A DNA stretch of 64,000 bases from contig OZ253665.1 of assembly GCA_965263295.1 (NCBI GenBank), forward strand, positions 576,001 to 640,000, written 5' to 3'. A program made the translations under genes and the position numbers. Positions 28,656-38,886 of the stretch are shown here, piece after piece. How positions within the stretch are numbered: position 1 is the stretch's first letter; the number at the start of each line of letters is the position of its first letter. A model generated the notes under the pieces. The model made no database searches. It saw only the letters and a list, made by a program, of their open reading frames with translations, and had not been told where the DNA came from. The DNA comes from Spirochaetia bacterium. Its GTDB lineage: Bacteria; Spirochaetota; Spirochaetia; SP-2023.

Positions 28656-29915
28656 TTAGCTTCCGTGAAGCAATTCCAGGTAAAGGTTGTGCAGCAACAG
28701 GGCCACTGGTTCATGATATATTTTATGGCGTTCGACAGCCTTGCTGCCGAGCTGCAAAAAGCGTTGATACCAAGGAAAGTTATGTTCGGCGAGCAAATGA
28801 TTGGAGTCGCGGTGCTGCGAAATGCACTCCCGTTGCAGGGCAGCGCCCAAGTTCTGGAGAAAGGCCTCAATATCAATTTTATCAAAGCTAGATCGCAGCG
28901 TAAAAAATGGGCGCTGTTCACGCAAAGAGCGCAGGAATAAATCGCATTCGGCCTGAATGGCGCTAGAGTCTTGTTCGCCCGTCAAGAAAAGTTCTTTCAA
29001 CGTTTCGGTATTTGAGCTGCGAAATACTTTTTTTACAATGACTCGTTCTTCATTTGTACCGCGCTCGCGCAGGGCGACTAAGCGCAGGCGAGAGAGAACT
29101 GTAGGTAGCAAGGTGTGCTTGCGCCTACTTGTCAAAATAAAATAACAGTTGCGAGGAGGTTCTTCCAGTAATTTGAGCATGGCGTTAGCGGCTGAAATGC
29201 TCATTGTATCGACATTCTCCAGAATCGCAACTTTTGCGGTCTCACTGGTTTGGTAGCTCCATTGCTGTAGCTGACGAACCTGTTGAACCGGGATGCTTTG
29301 GGGGATGGCGGCAACCAATAAAGCCGCGAGTTCTTGGCAGCGGTCCATATCCTTGCTCAGGGATTTTTTATCCTGAAAGATGTTTTCTGGTCCCGAACTT
29401 GAATCTGTTGGAGGGGAAAAAATATCTTTGGGGTGCAACTTGGCTAGGAGTTCGACAAATTCCTCCTGGGCTTTCTGGGCCTTGCGTTCTTTGTCGGTTC
29501 TACTTTTTCCATCCTTCCACAGGGTTTTGTCAAAACGCTTGAGGATCTTGTTCAGGCTGCGCAGCCAGACCAACAGCAGTATGCGCAGTTGCTTTATCTC
29601 AAGCTGTCTCTCCCAGGCCTGCTCAAAAAAGTGCCGACAGATTTTGGTCTCATTGGCAAAACCGGAGTTCCCCAGTACAAGGACTTGAGGCTGTGACAGC
29701 TCTCTTTGCTGCCGGCAAGACCAGCAGCGGCAGGTCCATTTGCCCGGTTCAGTCCGGTTTTGACAGGTCAGAACTCGGGCTAGTTCAAGGGCCAGTGTCG
29801 TCTTGCCACACAGAGGCCCACCATATATAAGGATAGATGGAGGGAGGCTGCGGTCATTTAAATCTGTTGCCAGTTCTGCACAAGCGGTTTTTTGAAAGAG
29901 AATATTGTCGAACAC
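28656..29915 (-). CDS. DNA polymerase III delta-prime-like clamp-loader subunit
   Basis: GGPLCGKTT Walker A, C...CRCWSC zinc motif, AANAMLKLLEEPP, LLPTVLSR; GTG start. Confidence 0.85.
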   Translation of the reverse strand: MFDNILFQKTACAELATDLNDRSLPPSILIYGGPLCGKTTLALELARVLTCQNRTEPGKWTCRCWSCRQQRELSQPQVLVLGNSGFANETKICRHFFEQAWERQLEIKQLRILLLVWLRSLNKILKRFDKTLWKDGKSRTDKERKAQKAQEEFVELLAKLHPKDIFSPPTDSSSGPENIFQDKKSLSKDMDRCQELAALLVAAIPQSIPVQQVRQLQQWSYQTSETAKVAILENVDTMSISAANAMLKLLEEPPRNCYFILTSRRKHTLLPTVLSRLRLVALRERGTNEERVIVKKVFRSSNTETLKELFLTGEQDSSAIQAECDLFLRSLREQRPFFTLRSSFDKIDIEAFLQNLGAALQRECISQHRDSNHLLAEHNFPWYQRFLQLGSKAVERHKIYHEPVALLLHNLYLELLHGS

Positions 29916-30132
29916 GTTGTATCCCTCTAATCATAAGCTGTGGATAGCTTAGACTGGCCGATAATTTCTATCTTTGTAATGTGACAGTCTAGCTTGCAGA
30001 AAGCTGCCAGTTAAGCCAATATAGCCATTTCACTTCGCAGGTGGAAGTCGATTCTCAATGTGAATTGACAAATAACTTTGATCCTGTTATCTTGGCCGCC
30101 ATATTTAATTAATATCTTTATCAAAAAAAGTG

Positions 30133-30159
30133 TGAAAAAAATCTAAAAACTGCCGAAAA
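30133..30159 (+). promoter_or_regulatory. Possible sigma28 promoter of the flagellin gene
   Basis: TGAA-N15-GCCGAAAA against the consensus TAAA-N15-GCCGATAA. Confidence 0.35.
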
Positions 30160-30280
30160 AATAAAAAAATATTGTATAATCAAAAGAATTTTTAACCTAA
30201 GTTTGGGTCTTGGATAAAGTTCCCAATAACGCTCCCTCATGGAAGAGAGTATTATATTATCTGTTAGGAGTTGTGTAGTT

Positions 30281-31180
30281 ATGATTATTAATCACAACCT
30301 CAGTGCCTTGAATACCCAGCGTCTTCAGGGTCTCAATGATGCGGCCGCAAGTAAGGGTATCGCACACCTTTCTTCGGGTTCACGCATTAACCGTGCAGCC
30401 GACGATGCTGCGGGACTGGCCATCTCGGAGAAAATGCGCGCGTATGTCTCTGGTCTGAACCGGGCCAGTCGTAACATTCAGGATGGGGTTTCCTTTATTC
30501 AGGCTACCGAAGGCTACCTGAGTGAAACAACCAGCATTATTCAGCGCTTGCGTGTCCTGGCTGTGCAAGCTGCTAACGGTATTTATCAGCAGGAAGATCG
30601 CAACCAGATCACGGTTGAAGTCAGTCAGCTGGTCGCCGAGGTAAATCGCATTGCCAGTCAGGGGCAGTTTAATGGTATAAACATGCTGGATGGTTCTTTT
30701 TCTGGCGGCACCCAGCAGCAGCCTGCTGTCGCCGCTGCTGCTGCTAGCGGTCAGGTAGCCGCCCCGGTTGTTCAGACTGGGGGAAATGGCGGTTTGGTCG
30801 TTCATATGGGGGCGAATGCTGACCAGCTCCTTAGTATTGCGATTGGCGATATGGGTGCGAGCAGCTTGGGTATTGACACGGTTGATTTGTCTAGTTCTGA
30901 TGGCGCTAACACGGCATTGGGGCAGTTGGATAATGCCCTTCAGATTGTCAACAAGCAGCGGGCTGATCTCGGTGCTTATCAGAACCGTCTCGCTCAGGCT
31001 CGAGAAGGTGTCGATGTCGCTGCAGAAAATCTACAGTCTGCGGAGTCGCGTATTCGTGATGCAGATATGTCATCGCAGGTTGTCAATTTTACTCGCGAGC
31101 AAATTAAATCTCAAGCGGCTACCGCTATGCTGGCTCAGGCCAACCAGCGCCCGCAGCAGATTCTACAGCTTTTACGCTAG
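30281..31180 (+). CDS. flaB: Flagellin, periplasmic filament core (FlaB type)
   Basis: [68 protein letters not shown] before ATG 30281. Confidence 0.96.
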   Translation: MIINHNLSALNTQRLQGLNDAAASKGIAHLSSGSRINRAADDAAGLAISEKMRAYVSGLNRASRNIQDGVSFIQATEGYLSETTSIIQRLRVLAVQAANGIYQQEDRNQITVEVSQLVAEVNRIASQGQFNGINMLDGSFSGGTQQQPAVAAAAASGQVAAPVVQTGGNGGLVVHMGANADQLLSIAIGDMGASSLGIDTVDLSSSDGANTALGQLDNALQIVNKQRADLGAYQNRLAQAREGVDVAAENLQSAESRIRDADMSSQVVNFTREQIKSQAATAMLAQANQRPQQILQLLR

Positions 31181-31204
31181 GCTTTTAGTAAAGGATGCTC
31201 TCAA

Positions 31205-31230
31205 AGCAGCGCATTCTGCGCTGCTCTTTG
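31205..31230 (+). terminator. Intrinsic terminator after flagellin
   Basis: AGCAGCGCA-ttc-TGCGCTGCT followed by CTTTG. Confidence 0.75.
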
Positions 31231-31517
31231 TGTTTATTAGGTAGGAAGTAATAGCGTGGGATAGCTTTAACGGGAAGTTATATTGTCATTTTTGATAAGA
31301 CTGGAAAGCTAATTGTATTGGTCAATTATACAATAGAAAAAAACTTGATAGTTCTTGTTATATAAATTGATTATATATAAAGTGGGAGACAAAAATTTTT
31401 GTGGGTAGTATAAATATTTGTTTAAATATTTATACTGATTTGTTGAAATATATAGCAATTAATTGTTAGATTATTGTTATTGTTTTTGATGTCTAGAGTT
31501 TCTGAGTAGGCCTTCCT

Positions 31518-33365
31518 GTGGAAAAAATCAATATTCCGATTGGTTTTAAACTGATAACTATCACTTCGTTGATTCTTCTAATTAGTTTAATTGGAACGAA
31601 CTATATTGCGGGCATTTTTTTTGAACGTGATACAATTGCCCGTATCCAGGAAGTTACGGCAGATAAGTCTCGTTTGTTATCATTTAAAGTGCAAGCGGAT
31701 TTAACCTATTTACTGCGTCAGGTCTACGTGGTTGCAAGCAGCTTGCTCAGTCAATATGAAGCAGGTAATTATGATGATGGCCTAGAAGAGCAGCGCCGAC
31801 TGGAAGAGCTGGCAAGTTTTGATAAGTTGTTTTACATCGCTGTTTACAGTCAAGAAAAAGACTTAGTTCTAGATCAGATCAATTTACAGAATATTGATGG
31901 AATTACTGATCCAGAAATGTTTCGCGACCTTACGGCACGCACTGACTTTTTAGGGGGAGTGTCGCGGGATCTTTTACTATATAACGTTAGTTCCATGGCC
32001 AGTACGCCGACGATTGCTCTAATTAGTCCGATAGAACGCGAGGATGATTCTGAAAAATATTTTGCTCTAGTATATATTAGCAATGACGTTTTTGCAGAAA
32101 CAACTAATGATGTCAGTGAATATGAGACATATATTGTCAATCATAAAGGAGATTTACTCGCCCATAAAAATGAGGATCTGTTAAAAAATGGCATTTCTTT
32201 TAGCAATGATAAAATTGTTCAGACAATGTTGAAGAGTCCTCTTAACAATGGGCAGATGAGCTATGAAGACCGTAATGACATAGAACACATTGGTTCTTTT
32301 TACAAGATTGAATTGGGTTCTGTCGGTGTAATCAGTACGGCGGAACGCGATCGGATATTAAAAGCTGTATATCAAATTCGTCTTCGTAACTATTATATAA
32401 CAGGTATAATTCTCCTTGTTTCAGTTCTAATTATTTATATTTTTGCGAAGACATTGTCCACTCCGGTACGCCGCCTGGTGGAGGCGGCGCGAGAGATAGA
32501 GCAAGGTAACTTTCTGCTGAATATTAAGGTGACGACGCACGATGAGATCGGCAAGCTAACTGAATCGTTTACCGAAATGGGCCGCGGGTTAGATGAGCGT
32601 GATCGAATGAAAGATGCTTTTGGTAAGTTTGTCAATCAAGAGGTCGCAAATATGGCCTTGAAGGGACAACTGCGATTGGGAGGGGAGCGCAAGGAAGCTG
32701 CAGTCTTTTTTTCGGATATTCGTTCCTTTACTGCAATTTCGGAAAAACTCACTCCTGAAGAAGTTGTTGAATTTCTAAATGAGTATATGACGGCTATGGT
32801 AGAATGCGTGGAAGCGACCCATGGGGTGGTGGATAAATTTATTGGCGATGCTGTGATGGCTGTTTGGGGAGCGCCTGTTTCTCACGGCAACGATACAGAA
32901 AACGCAATAAACAGCGCCCTTATGATGCGTTCTGCTTTGGAAAAATTTAATCGGGGTCAAGGTGGCGATAAAAAGCCAATCATCAAAATTGGTTGTGGAA
33001 TCAATACGGGCTCTTTGGTTTCCGGCCAGATTGGCAGTGAGAACCGTATGGAATACACCGTTATTGGTGATGCTGTAAATCTGGCTTCCCGTATTGAAGG
33101 TCTGACTAAACCTTTTGGTGCAGATATTCTGGTCTCTGAAGATTCCTATGCATTGGTCGGCGACCTTTATCATACAGCTGAAATGCCGCCGATCATGGTT
33201 AAGGGCAAATCTGATCCTGTGAAAATTTATGCCGTATTGGGGCATCGCAACGATCCGCATGCATTTACGCATATTGATGAACTACGTCAATATTTAGGGA
33301 CAGAAAATGTTGATCTCTCACAGTTTGATGGTGTAGGTAAGGAAGAAAAATTTAGCGCTGTTTAG
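31518..33365 (+). CDS. Membrane adenylate cyclase, class III (TM-Cache-TM-HAMP-cyclase)
   Basis: YIVNHKGDLLAH (Cache), HAMP ...DEIGKLTESFTEM, FSDIRSFT, DKFIGDAVMA, EYTVIGDAVNLASRIE. Confidence 0.93.
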   Translation: MEKINIPIGFKLITITSLILLISLIGTNYIAGIFFERDTIARIQEVTADKSRLLSFKVQADLTYLLRQVYVVASSLLSQYEAGNYDDGLEEQRRLEELASFDKLFYIAVYSQEKDLVLDQINLQNIDGITDPEMFRDLTARTDFLGGVSRDLLLYNVSSMASTPTIALISPIEREDDSEKYFALVYISNDVFAETTNDVSEYETYIVNHKGDLLAHKNEDLLKNGISFSNDKIVQTMLKSPLNNGQMSYEDRNDIEHIGSFYKIELGSVGVISTAERDRILKAVYQIRLRNYYITGIILLVSVLIIYIFAKTLSTPVRRLVEAAREIEQGNFLLNIKVTTHDEIGKLTESFTEMGRGLDERDRMKDAFGKFVNQEVANMALKGQLRLGGERKEAAVFFSDIRSFTAISEKLTPEEVVEFLNEYMTAMVECVEATHGVVDKFIGDAVMAVWGAPVSHGNDTENAINSALMMRSALEKFNRGQGGDKKPIIKIGCGINTGSLVSGQIGSENRMEYTVIGDAVNLASRIEGLTKPFGADILVSEDSYALVGDLYHTAEMPPIMVKGKSDPVKIYAVLGHRNDPHAFTHIDELRQYLGTENVDLSQFDGVGKEEKFSAV

Positions 33366-33575
33366 CAGAAGCGAGCCGGGTCAACCTTTTTTTGTTCAAG
33401 CTTCGGTTGTAATTACAGTTATCGGCAAGATGCAGAATGAGGGTGGACCAGAATTTGAGGGTCATGAAACAGTCAGATTCTGGAGAGGTAGAAGTTGTGA
33501 ATTGGCGTGATAATTTGTCTTATATAACGAATAAAGCTGAAGACGAAAATATCTAATCCTGAGGTATTTCATTCA

Positions 33576-35696
33576 TTGATGGCAGAATCTGGTGAAAAAA
33601 GGGCTGAGAGCAGAGTTGATATTGTAGTTCCCTCTAACATGGGAACAGATATGCTGTTTTCCCTAATTATAAGCTGTGTTATTGGCCTCTTTTCCTGGCT
33701 ACTACTAAAAGATGTGACACAGAATGGCTCTCGGATTGGCGAACCGGTGGCCAAGTTGGCCTTTGGTGAACGGCGTGTTGAGCGCAAGATAGGTGGCGAA
33801 GTCGTCTGGTCGCGTATTGGGGCTCCAGATCAAATTTACAACTACGACAGTATTCGAACGGAAGATGATTCACAGGCTCGGGTATTGTTGGATACGGGTA
33901 CAGAACTGGTACTTGAAGGTGCGGCTCTGGTAACCGTTGTGGTCGACCAGAAAAAGTTGTCAGTGAACCTGGACAAGGGGAGTTTATCGCTGATTGCTGG
34001 GCCACAAAGTAGTCCTGTAGAAGTCAAAAGTCCAAGTGGTACCCTAAAAATGGCTGATGGAGGTAAGGCATCAATCGTCCAGGGTGAAGATAGTTTACAG
34101 GTCGATATTTTGGATGGTCAAGCCGTATTTGAAAATGAAAATGGCAATATTGAGTTGAGTGAGAGTCAAATTCTTCAGTTGGACTCTGATGGACAAGTCC
34201 AGTTAAAAGAAATATCATTCCAAGCTATAGCTCCTATTCCGTCATCGTTGCAGCTGATGTTTGTCGACTCTACTCCAGTGCAGTTTGAGTGGATTTCGCG
34301 AACCTTTCAGCCTAGTTCCATTGAAATTTCTGCAGTGGAGGATTTTAGTAGTGGAGTACGTACTTTTGACATCAGCGAAGCCGGCGTATTCGAAACAGAA
34401 CTAAAGAGTGGCATTTGGCATTGGCGAGTTCGCAATGGAGCCGAGTCCAGTCCTGCTGCGATGTTCAGGCTGGTGAGGGATCGAGAGCCGGAACCTCTGT
34501 CTCCTTTGCCAGGCAGTGAATTTCCCTTTGTCGATAAATCTCCTTTGATCCGCTTTCAGTGGCAGAAAGCGAAAAATGCCAATATATATAATGTGAATTT
34601 TTATCGTTCTAGTGACTCAGCAAAGCCATTTAAGAGTATCCCCTCTCAACACTCTTCCATTTCGGTAGATGAACTGGCTGAAGGCGAGTATTTTTGGGAT
34701 GTAGAGGCTGTGTTTTCTGCCTTCCACAGAAAGGTCGTGGGGGCGCGTCGCAATTTTATTGTCTCCAAGTTGCAAGCTGAGGATGTCCCGGAGGCCAACA
34801 TTAAGCTGGATAATGAGGCCGTCTCACAGTACGCTCTGGAACGAGAGGGAAGTATTATTACTTGGGAACGAGTAGGAGGTTTGGACAACTATCTGGCAGA
34901 GTTATCTAAAAATGATTCTGTAATTCAAAAAAAGCTTGTGCACGGGAATTTTATTGAGCTGCCAAGGGACTTAGAGCAGGGAGAATTTAATTTGCGTGTA
35001 ACAGCTTTGGTTGATGGTGAAACCTTGAATTCAACGGCAAGAGATTTTGTCGTCAAAAAATTTGTCTCACTCAATCTGTTGATCCCGGAAGATAATGCAC
35101 GTTTGTACAATACGGACAGTCAACTACGTTTTCGCTGGAAAGACCCGAATAAGGGAGATTCATACCTGCTGGAAGTAGCGCGAGACAAAGATTTTCAACA
35201 AATTTTGGCGCGCCAGGACACAACTAAGACATTTTTATCCATCCCCAATCTGGCGGGCATAGGCATTTACTATTGCCGCGTCAGTCTATTGAATGAAAAT
35301 GGTGAGCAACTGGTTGGTAGTAAAGCGAGCCGTTTTAATATTGAGCGCCAATGGGATCCGGCACCCGTGTTATGGGGCCCGGTCTCAAGTGGCAGAGTGG
35401 ATTTGGCACTTGATGGTTCCTTGTCTTTTCAGTGGCAGCCGGTTAGAAATGCCAGTTTTTACCGTTTAAAAATTGTTCCACAACAGGCGCCTGTGGCTGC
35501 CAGAACTTGGGATGTTACAAATACGTACAAGGTGGAAAGCGATGTTTTGGATCTGCCATTAGGCGAATATCGATATAGCCTCACCACATTTGCCGAGATA
35601 AATGGTCGGGAAGTTTCCATTTCGGAAACTGCGAACGGAGTCTTTGAATTACTGCGTACGCCAGTGCAGCCGGTGACTAAGATTGAGATATTCTAG
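33576..35696 (+). CDS. FecR-domain protein with multiple FN3/Ig-like repeats
   Basis: N-terminal TM segment, VERK...YNYDSIRT...GTELVL (FecR-like), repeated F-x-W...Y motifs (FQWQKAKNANIY, FRWKDPNKGDSY, FQWQPVRNASFY). Confidence 0.78.
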   Translation: MMAESGEKRAESRVDIVVPSNMGTDMLFSLIISCVIGLFSWLLLKDVTQNGSRIGEPVAKLAFGERRVERKIGGEVVWSRIGAPDQIYNYDSIRTEDDSQARVLLDTGTELVLEGAALVTVVVDQKKLSVNLDKGSLSLIAGPQSSPVEVKSPSGTLKMADGGKASIVQGEDSLQVDILDGQAVFENENGNIELSESQILQLDSDGQVQLKEISFQAIAPIPSSLQLMFVDSTPVQFEWISRTFQPSSIEISAVEDFSSGVRTFDISEAGVFETELKSGIWHWRVRNGAESSPAAMFRLVRDREPEPLSPLPGSEFPFVDKSPLIRFQWQKAKNANIYNVNFYRSSDSAKPFKSIPSQHSSISVDELAEGEYFWDVEAVFSAFHRKVVGARRNFIVSKLQAEDVPEANIKLDNEAVSQYALEREGSIITWERVGGLDNYLAELSKNDSVIQKKLVHGNFIELPRDLEQGEFNLRVTALVDGETLNSTARDFVVKKFVSLNLLIPEDNARLYNTDSQLRFRWKDPNKGDSYLLEVARDKDFQQILARQDTTKTFLSIPNLAGIGIYYCRVSLLNENGEQLVGSKASRFNIERQWDPAPVLWGPVSSGRVDLALDGSLSFQWQPVRNASFYRLKIVPQQAPVAARTWDVTNTYKVESDVLDLPLGEYRYSLTTFAEINGREVSISETANGVFELLRTPVQPVTKIEIF

Positions 35697-35708
35697 GCAG
35701 GACTAAAT

Positions 35709-36815
35709 ATGAATTTTTATATTTGTTCCCGCGTTTGGACTCCTGCCTGCTTATTTCTGACCATGTTAGTATGTGGGTTCCTCGTATTGGAGGCAGAGCC
35801 TGTGCGCAAGGAAGTTCGTTGGGAACAAATCCCCAATAGTGGCGGTTACATTGTCGAGATAGAAAGCTTGGCGAATGAAGTTCGCCTTCTGGAACAGTAT
35901 GTCGCGCGGCCTCCTCTTGTCTTCTCTGTTGAGCCAGGAATGTATCGTTTGCGCATTATAACTCTAAATCGTTGGGGACAGCCAGAGAGTAGCAGTGATT
36001 GGGTCAAGTTCCGTACCGACATGCCAGCACCTATAGTTCAATTTGAGGGTCCTACAGCTTTGGCAACAACGAGAAATTTCAAGGATGAGGGAATCGTTAT
36101 CGTGCCTTTGCCTGAGCGTAAGGGTTTGAGCCCGTTTGAAAAGAATTTGAGGCACTATTTTTATAGTGAGGTATTTTTGCTGAATCGGCCCTTTGAAACT
36201 TGGGGAACTGGGAGAATTGGGGGCAAGCAAAATCACAGTCCGGATATTTTATTTGACGATGATTTGCCCAGTTACTTTCTGATGCTGCGCTACCGAATAG
36301 GGGTCAAAGGGATTGCAGAGGGAATTGGTTTGGATGGTTTCAGTTTTGGTCTGCAAAGTGAAATACTGCCTTTACATTCACAATTATCGCTCTACCACCG
36401 GTTGCAGACCTACAATATTCCCAGCTCTTCTTTACACTCGGTGGATCTTACTTATAAATTGCCTTTGGCGGACCGTTTTAACTTAGTAGCCACTTTTTTC
36501 CCTGTGGCCTTCTTATACCGGACTCTGGGCATAAGATATGGAGGCAATAATAATATTGACTTCTTTGCTCCCATGAATTATACCGCAGGTTCAGAAGATA
36601 TCGAGGTTGCCATTCCGATTTCGGTCAAAAACTTCCGGAATTTTTTTGAACTTTATTTACCTATTATAGACCATTTTTTTGGGGGCAGAATCGGTTTGCA
36701 GTATAACGCCGGCAAAAATCTGGTCTTAAATACCTCGGCATATTTCTGGGCGAGTTACTCTCAGACTAAAATTGTTGACTGGGCGCTAGAAACGACTATT
36801 GGTATTCGCTTTTAG
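35709..36815 (+). CDS. Hypothetical exported protein, probable FN3 domain plus outer-membrane beta-barrel
   Basis: Signal peptide, VRWEQIPNSGGYIVEI...PGMYRLRI, amphipathic beta strands and a terminal Phe (TTIGIRF). Confidence 0.6.
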   Translation: MNFYICSRVWTPACLFLTMLVCGFLVLEAEPVRKEVRWEQIPNSGGYIVEIESLANEVRLLEQYVARPPLVFSVEPGMYRLRIITLNRWGQPESSSDWVKFRTDMPAPIVQFEGPTALATTRNFKDEGIVIVPLPERKGLSPFEKNLRHYFYSEVFLLNRPFETWGTGRIGGKQNHSPDILFDDDLPSYFLMLRYRIGVKGIAEGIGLDGFSFGLQSEILPLHSQLSLYHRLQTYNIPSSSLHSVDLTYKLPLADRFNLVATFFPVAFLYRTLGIRYGGNNNIDFFAPMNYTAGSEDIEVAIPISVKNFRNFFELYLPIIDHFFGGRIGLQYNAGKNLVLNTSAYFWASYSQTKIVDWALETTIGIRF

Positions 36816-36835
36816 AGGGCTTGAAAGAATAAAAT

Positions 36836-37621
36836 TCACACCGCCACAGGAGCCCTGATCGCCGGATGAGGGTCATAGCCCTCAAGTGTAAAATCATTGT
36901 ACTTAAATGCAAAGATATCTTTTACATCTGGATTAATTTTCATTCTGGGTAGTTGCCTCGGTTCGCGACTGAGTTGCTGTCGAGCCTGTTTTATGTGATT
37001 CACATACAAATGCAAATCGCCAAAAGTGTGTATAAATTCTTTGGCTTGCAAGCCCACCACTTGAGCTAACATCATACTAAACAAAGAATAACAAGCGATA
37101 TTAAAAGGCACACCTAAGAATATATCACCGCTGCGCTGATACAAGTGACAGGATAATTTTCCTTCACAGACATAGAGCTGAAATATGGTGTGGCAAGGCG
37201 GCAAGACCATGTCCTCAATTTCTGCCGGATTCCATGCGCTAACAATATGACGACGGGAATATGGATTTTCTTTCAAGCCCTTGACCAATCGGGAAATCTG
37301 GTCAATCCCTGTTCCGTTCCAATTGCGCCACTGACGACCATACACGGGCCCGAGCTCCCCGTCAGAATTTGCCCATTTATCCCATATGTGTATGTCATTG
37401 TCATTTAAATATTTGACGTTTGTACTGCCCGATAAAAACCACAAGAGCTCGTGAATGATTCCTTGAATAAAGATCTTTTTTGTAGTTAGCAACGGAAAAC
37501 CCTGTTCTAAATTAAAACGCAGCTGGGAGCCGAACAGACTCCTGGTGCCTGTGCCCGTACGATCCGGACGTTCTGTGCCATTTTCCAGCACGTCTTGTAA
37601 TAAAGCGAGATAGTTTTGCAT
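36836..37621 (-). CDS. thyA: Thymidylate synthase
   Basis: [48 protein letters not shown]. Confidence 0.98.
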   Translation of the reverse strand: MQNYLALLQDVLENGTERPDRTGTGTRSLFGSQLRFNLEQGFPLLTTKKIFIQGIIHELLWFLSGSTNVKYLNDNDIHIWDKWANSDGELGPVYGRQWRNWNGTGIDQISRLVKGLKENPYSRRHIVSAWNPAEIEDMVLPPCHTIFQLYVCEGKLSCHLYQRSGDIFLGVPFNIACYSLFSMMLAQVVGLQAKEFIHTFGDLHLYVNHIKQARQQLSREPRQLPRMKINPDVKDIFAFKYNDFTLEGYDPHPAIRAPVAV

Positions 37622-37647
37622 GGACGGTTTGGCCGTAATTCTTCGTT

Positions 37648-38571
37648 CTAGCCTTTTTGTTCTTTCTGCACGGCGCGGTACAGGGCAGAGCTGTCTTCGC
37701 TCAGGTGCCCGGCTGCGGCCAGTTGACGGTATTGCTCCAGGCTATGCTGGGTGTGCGGCAATTGCAAACCGCAGCGCTGGGCCTCATGCAAGGCATAATC
37801 TAGGTCTTTAATCATCCATTTCAGGGCGAAGCCAAAGTTATAGTGATTCTGGGCCATACTTTCGGCGCGGTTCTCCATTTGCCAAGAGCCTGCGGCACCG
37901 TTTTTTAGGCAGGAGACCAAAGTGGCGACATCCAGCCCCGCTTTTTGAGCGAGCAGGAGGCCTTCGGAGAGGCCGCGCAGTACTCCGGCAATGCATATCT
38001 GATTGACCATTTTGGCCCTCTGGCCCTGGCCGTGTGTGCCCATATAAACCGCGGATTTTGCGTAAGCGGGAAACACATTGTCGTTGAGCTGCTGAAACAG
38101 CTGTGGCTTAGCTCCGCACATGATGGTCAGGCAGCCGTTTTCGGCTCCACTCTGGCCCCCGCTGACCGGGGCATCGAGGAACTGCAGACCTTGTTCATGG
38201 CATTGCCGCGCCAAATCTTCGGCCAGCTCAGCTGAAGTAGTGGTATGGTCGGCCAGAATAGCCCCTTTTTTCATCGCGGGCAGGGCCTGCGCTAATACTT
38301 GACGCACGTCGTCGTCGTTGCCCAGGCAGCAGAGCACCAGTTCGGCCTGGTCTACGGCAGCGGCAATGCTTTCGTGGACTTCAACCTTGGCTTCAACCTC
38401 GCCGTTTTGGCTCTGCGAGCCGTATTGCTCCTGCCAGGACTGGGCTCTAGTGATCGTGCGATTATATACGGCAATTTTGCAACCGGGGAATTTTTTTGCC
38501 ATGTGTTTTACTAAATGGCCGGCCATGGGGTAACCCATGACGCCGAGTCCCAAAAAAGTAACTTTCTTCAT
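37648..38571 (-). CDS. NAD(P)-dependent beta-hydroxyacid dehydrogenase family (3-hydroxyisobutyrate dehydrogenase-like)
   Basis: [32 protein letters not shown]. Start refined to MKKVTF at 38571. Confidence 0.92.
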   Translation of the reverse strand: MKKVTFLGLGVMGYPMAGHLVKHMAKKFPGCKIAVYNRTITRAQSWQEQYGSQSQNGEVEAKVEVHESIAAAVDQAELVLCCLGNDDDVRQVLAQALPAMKKGAILADHTTTSAELAEDLARQCHEQGLQFLDAPVSGGQSGAENGCLTIMCGAKPQLFQQLNDNVFPAYAKSAVYMGTHGQGQRAKMVNQICIAGVLRGLSEGLLLAQKAGLDVATLVSCLKNGAAGSWQMENRAESMAQNHYNFGFALKWMIKDLDYALHEAQRCGLQLPHTQHSLEQYRQLAAAGHLSEDSSALYRAVQKEQKG

Positions 38572-38886
38572 AATGAATCCTTTGCATCGCCGAGGTCCGC
38601 GACGAATCTGGCTAAATGATTTATAAAATGCGAATAACCTTAGCATAATGGCCGCTTTTGTCCAAGCATTTTCTCTGATTTCTAAATTTTACGACTACTG
38701 TTTGCAGACATTTTGCGCTTTGATTAACTGTAAAAATGTTTGTTTTACAGATAATGGCTTTGTCATAGATAAAAAACAATTTATTTGTTGTCATTGCCTC
38801 ATCTTCGGATTGTCTTTGCGGTGAAAAACCAATATCCTGATTATCACAAAAGCCAAACAAACCCCAGAGTCAAAGGATGGTCAAAG

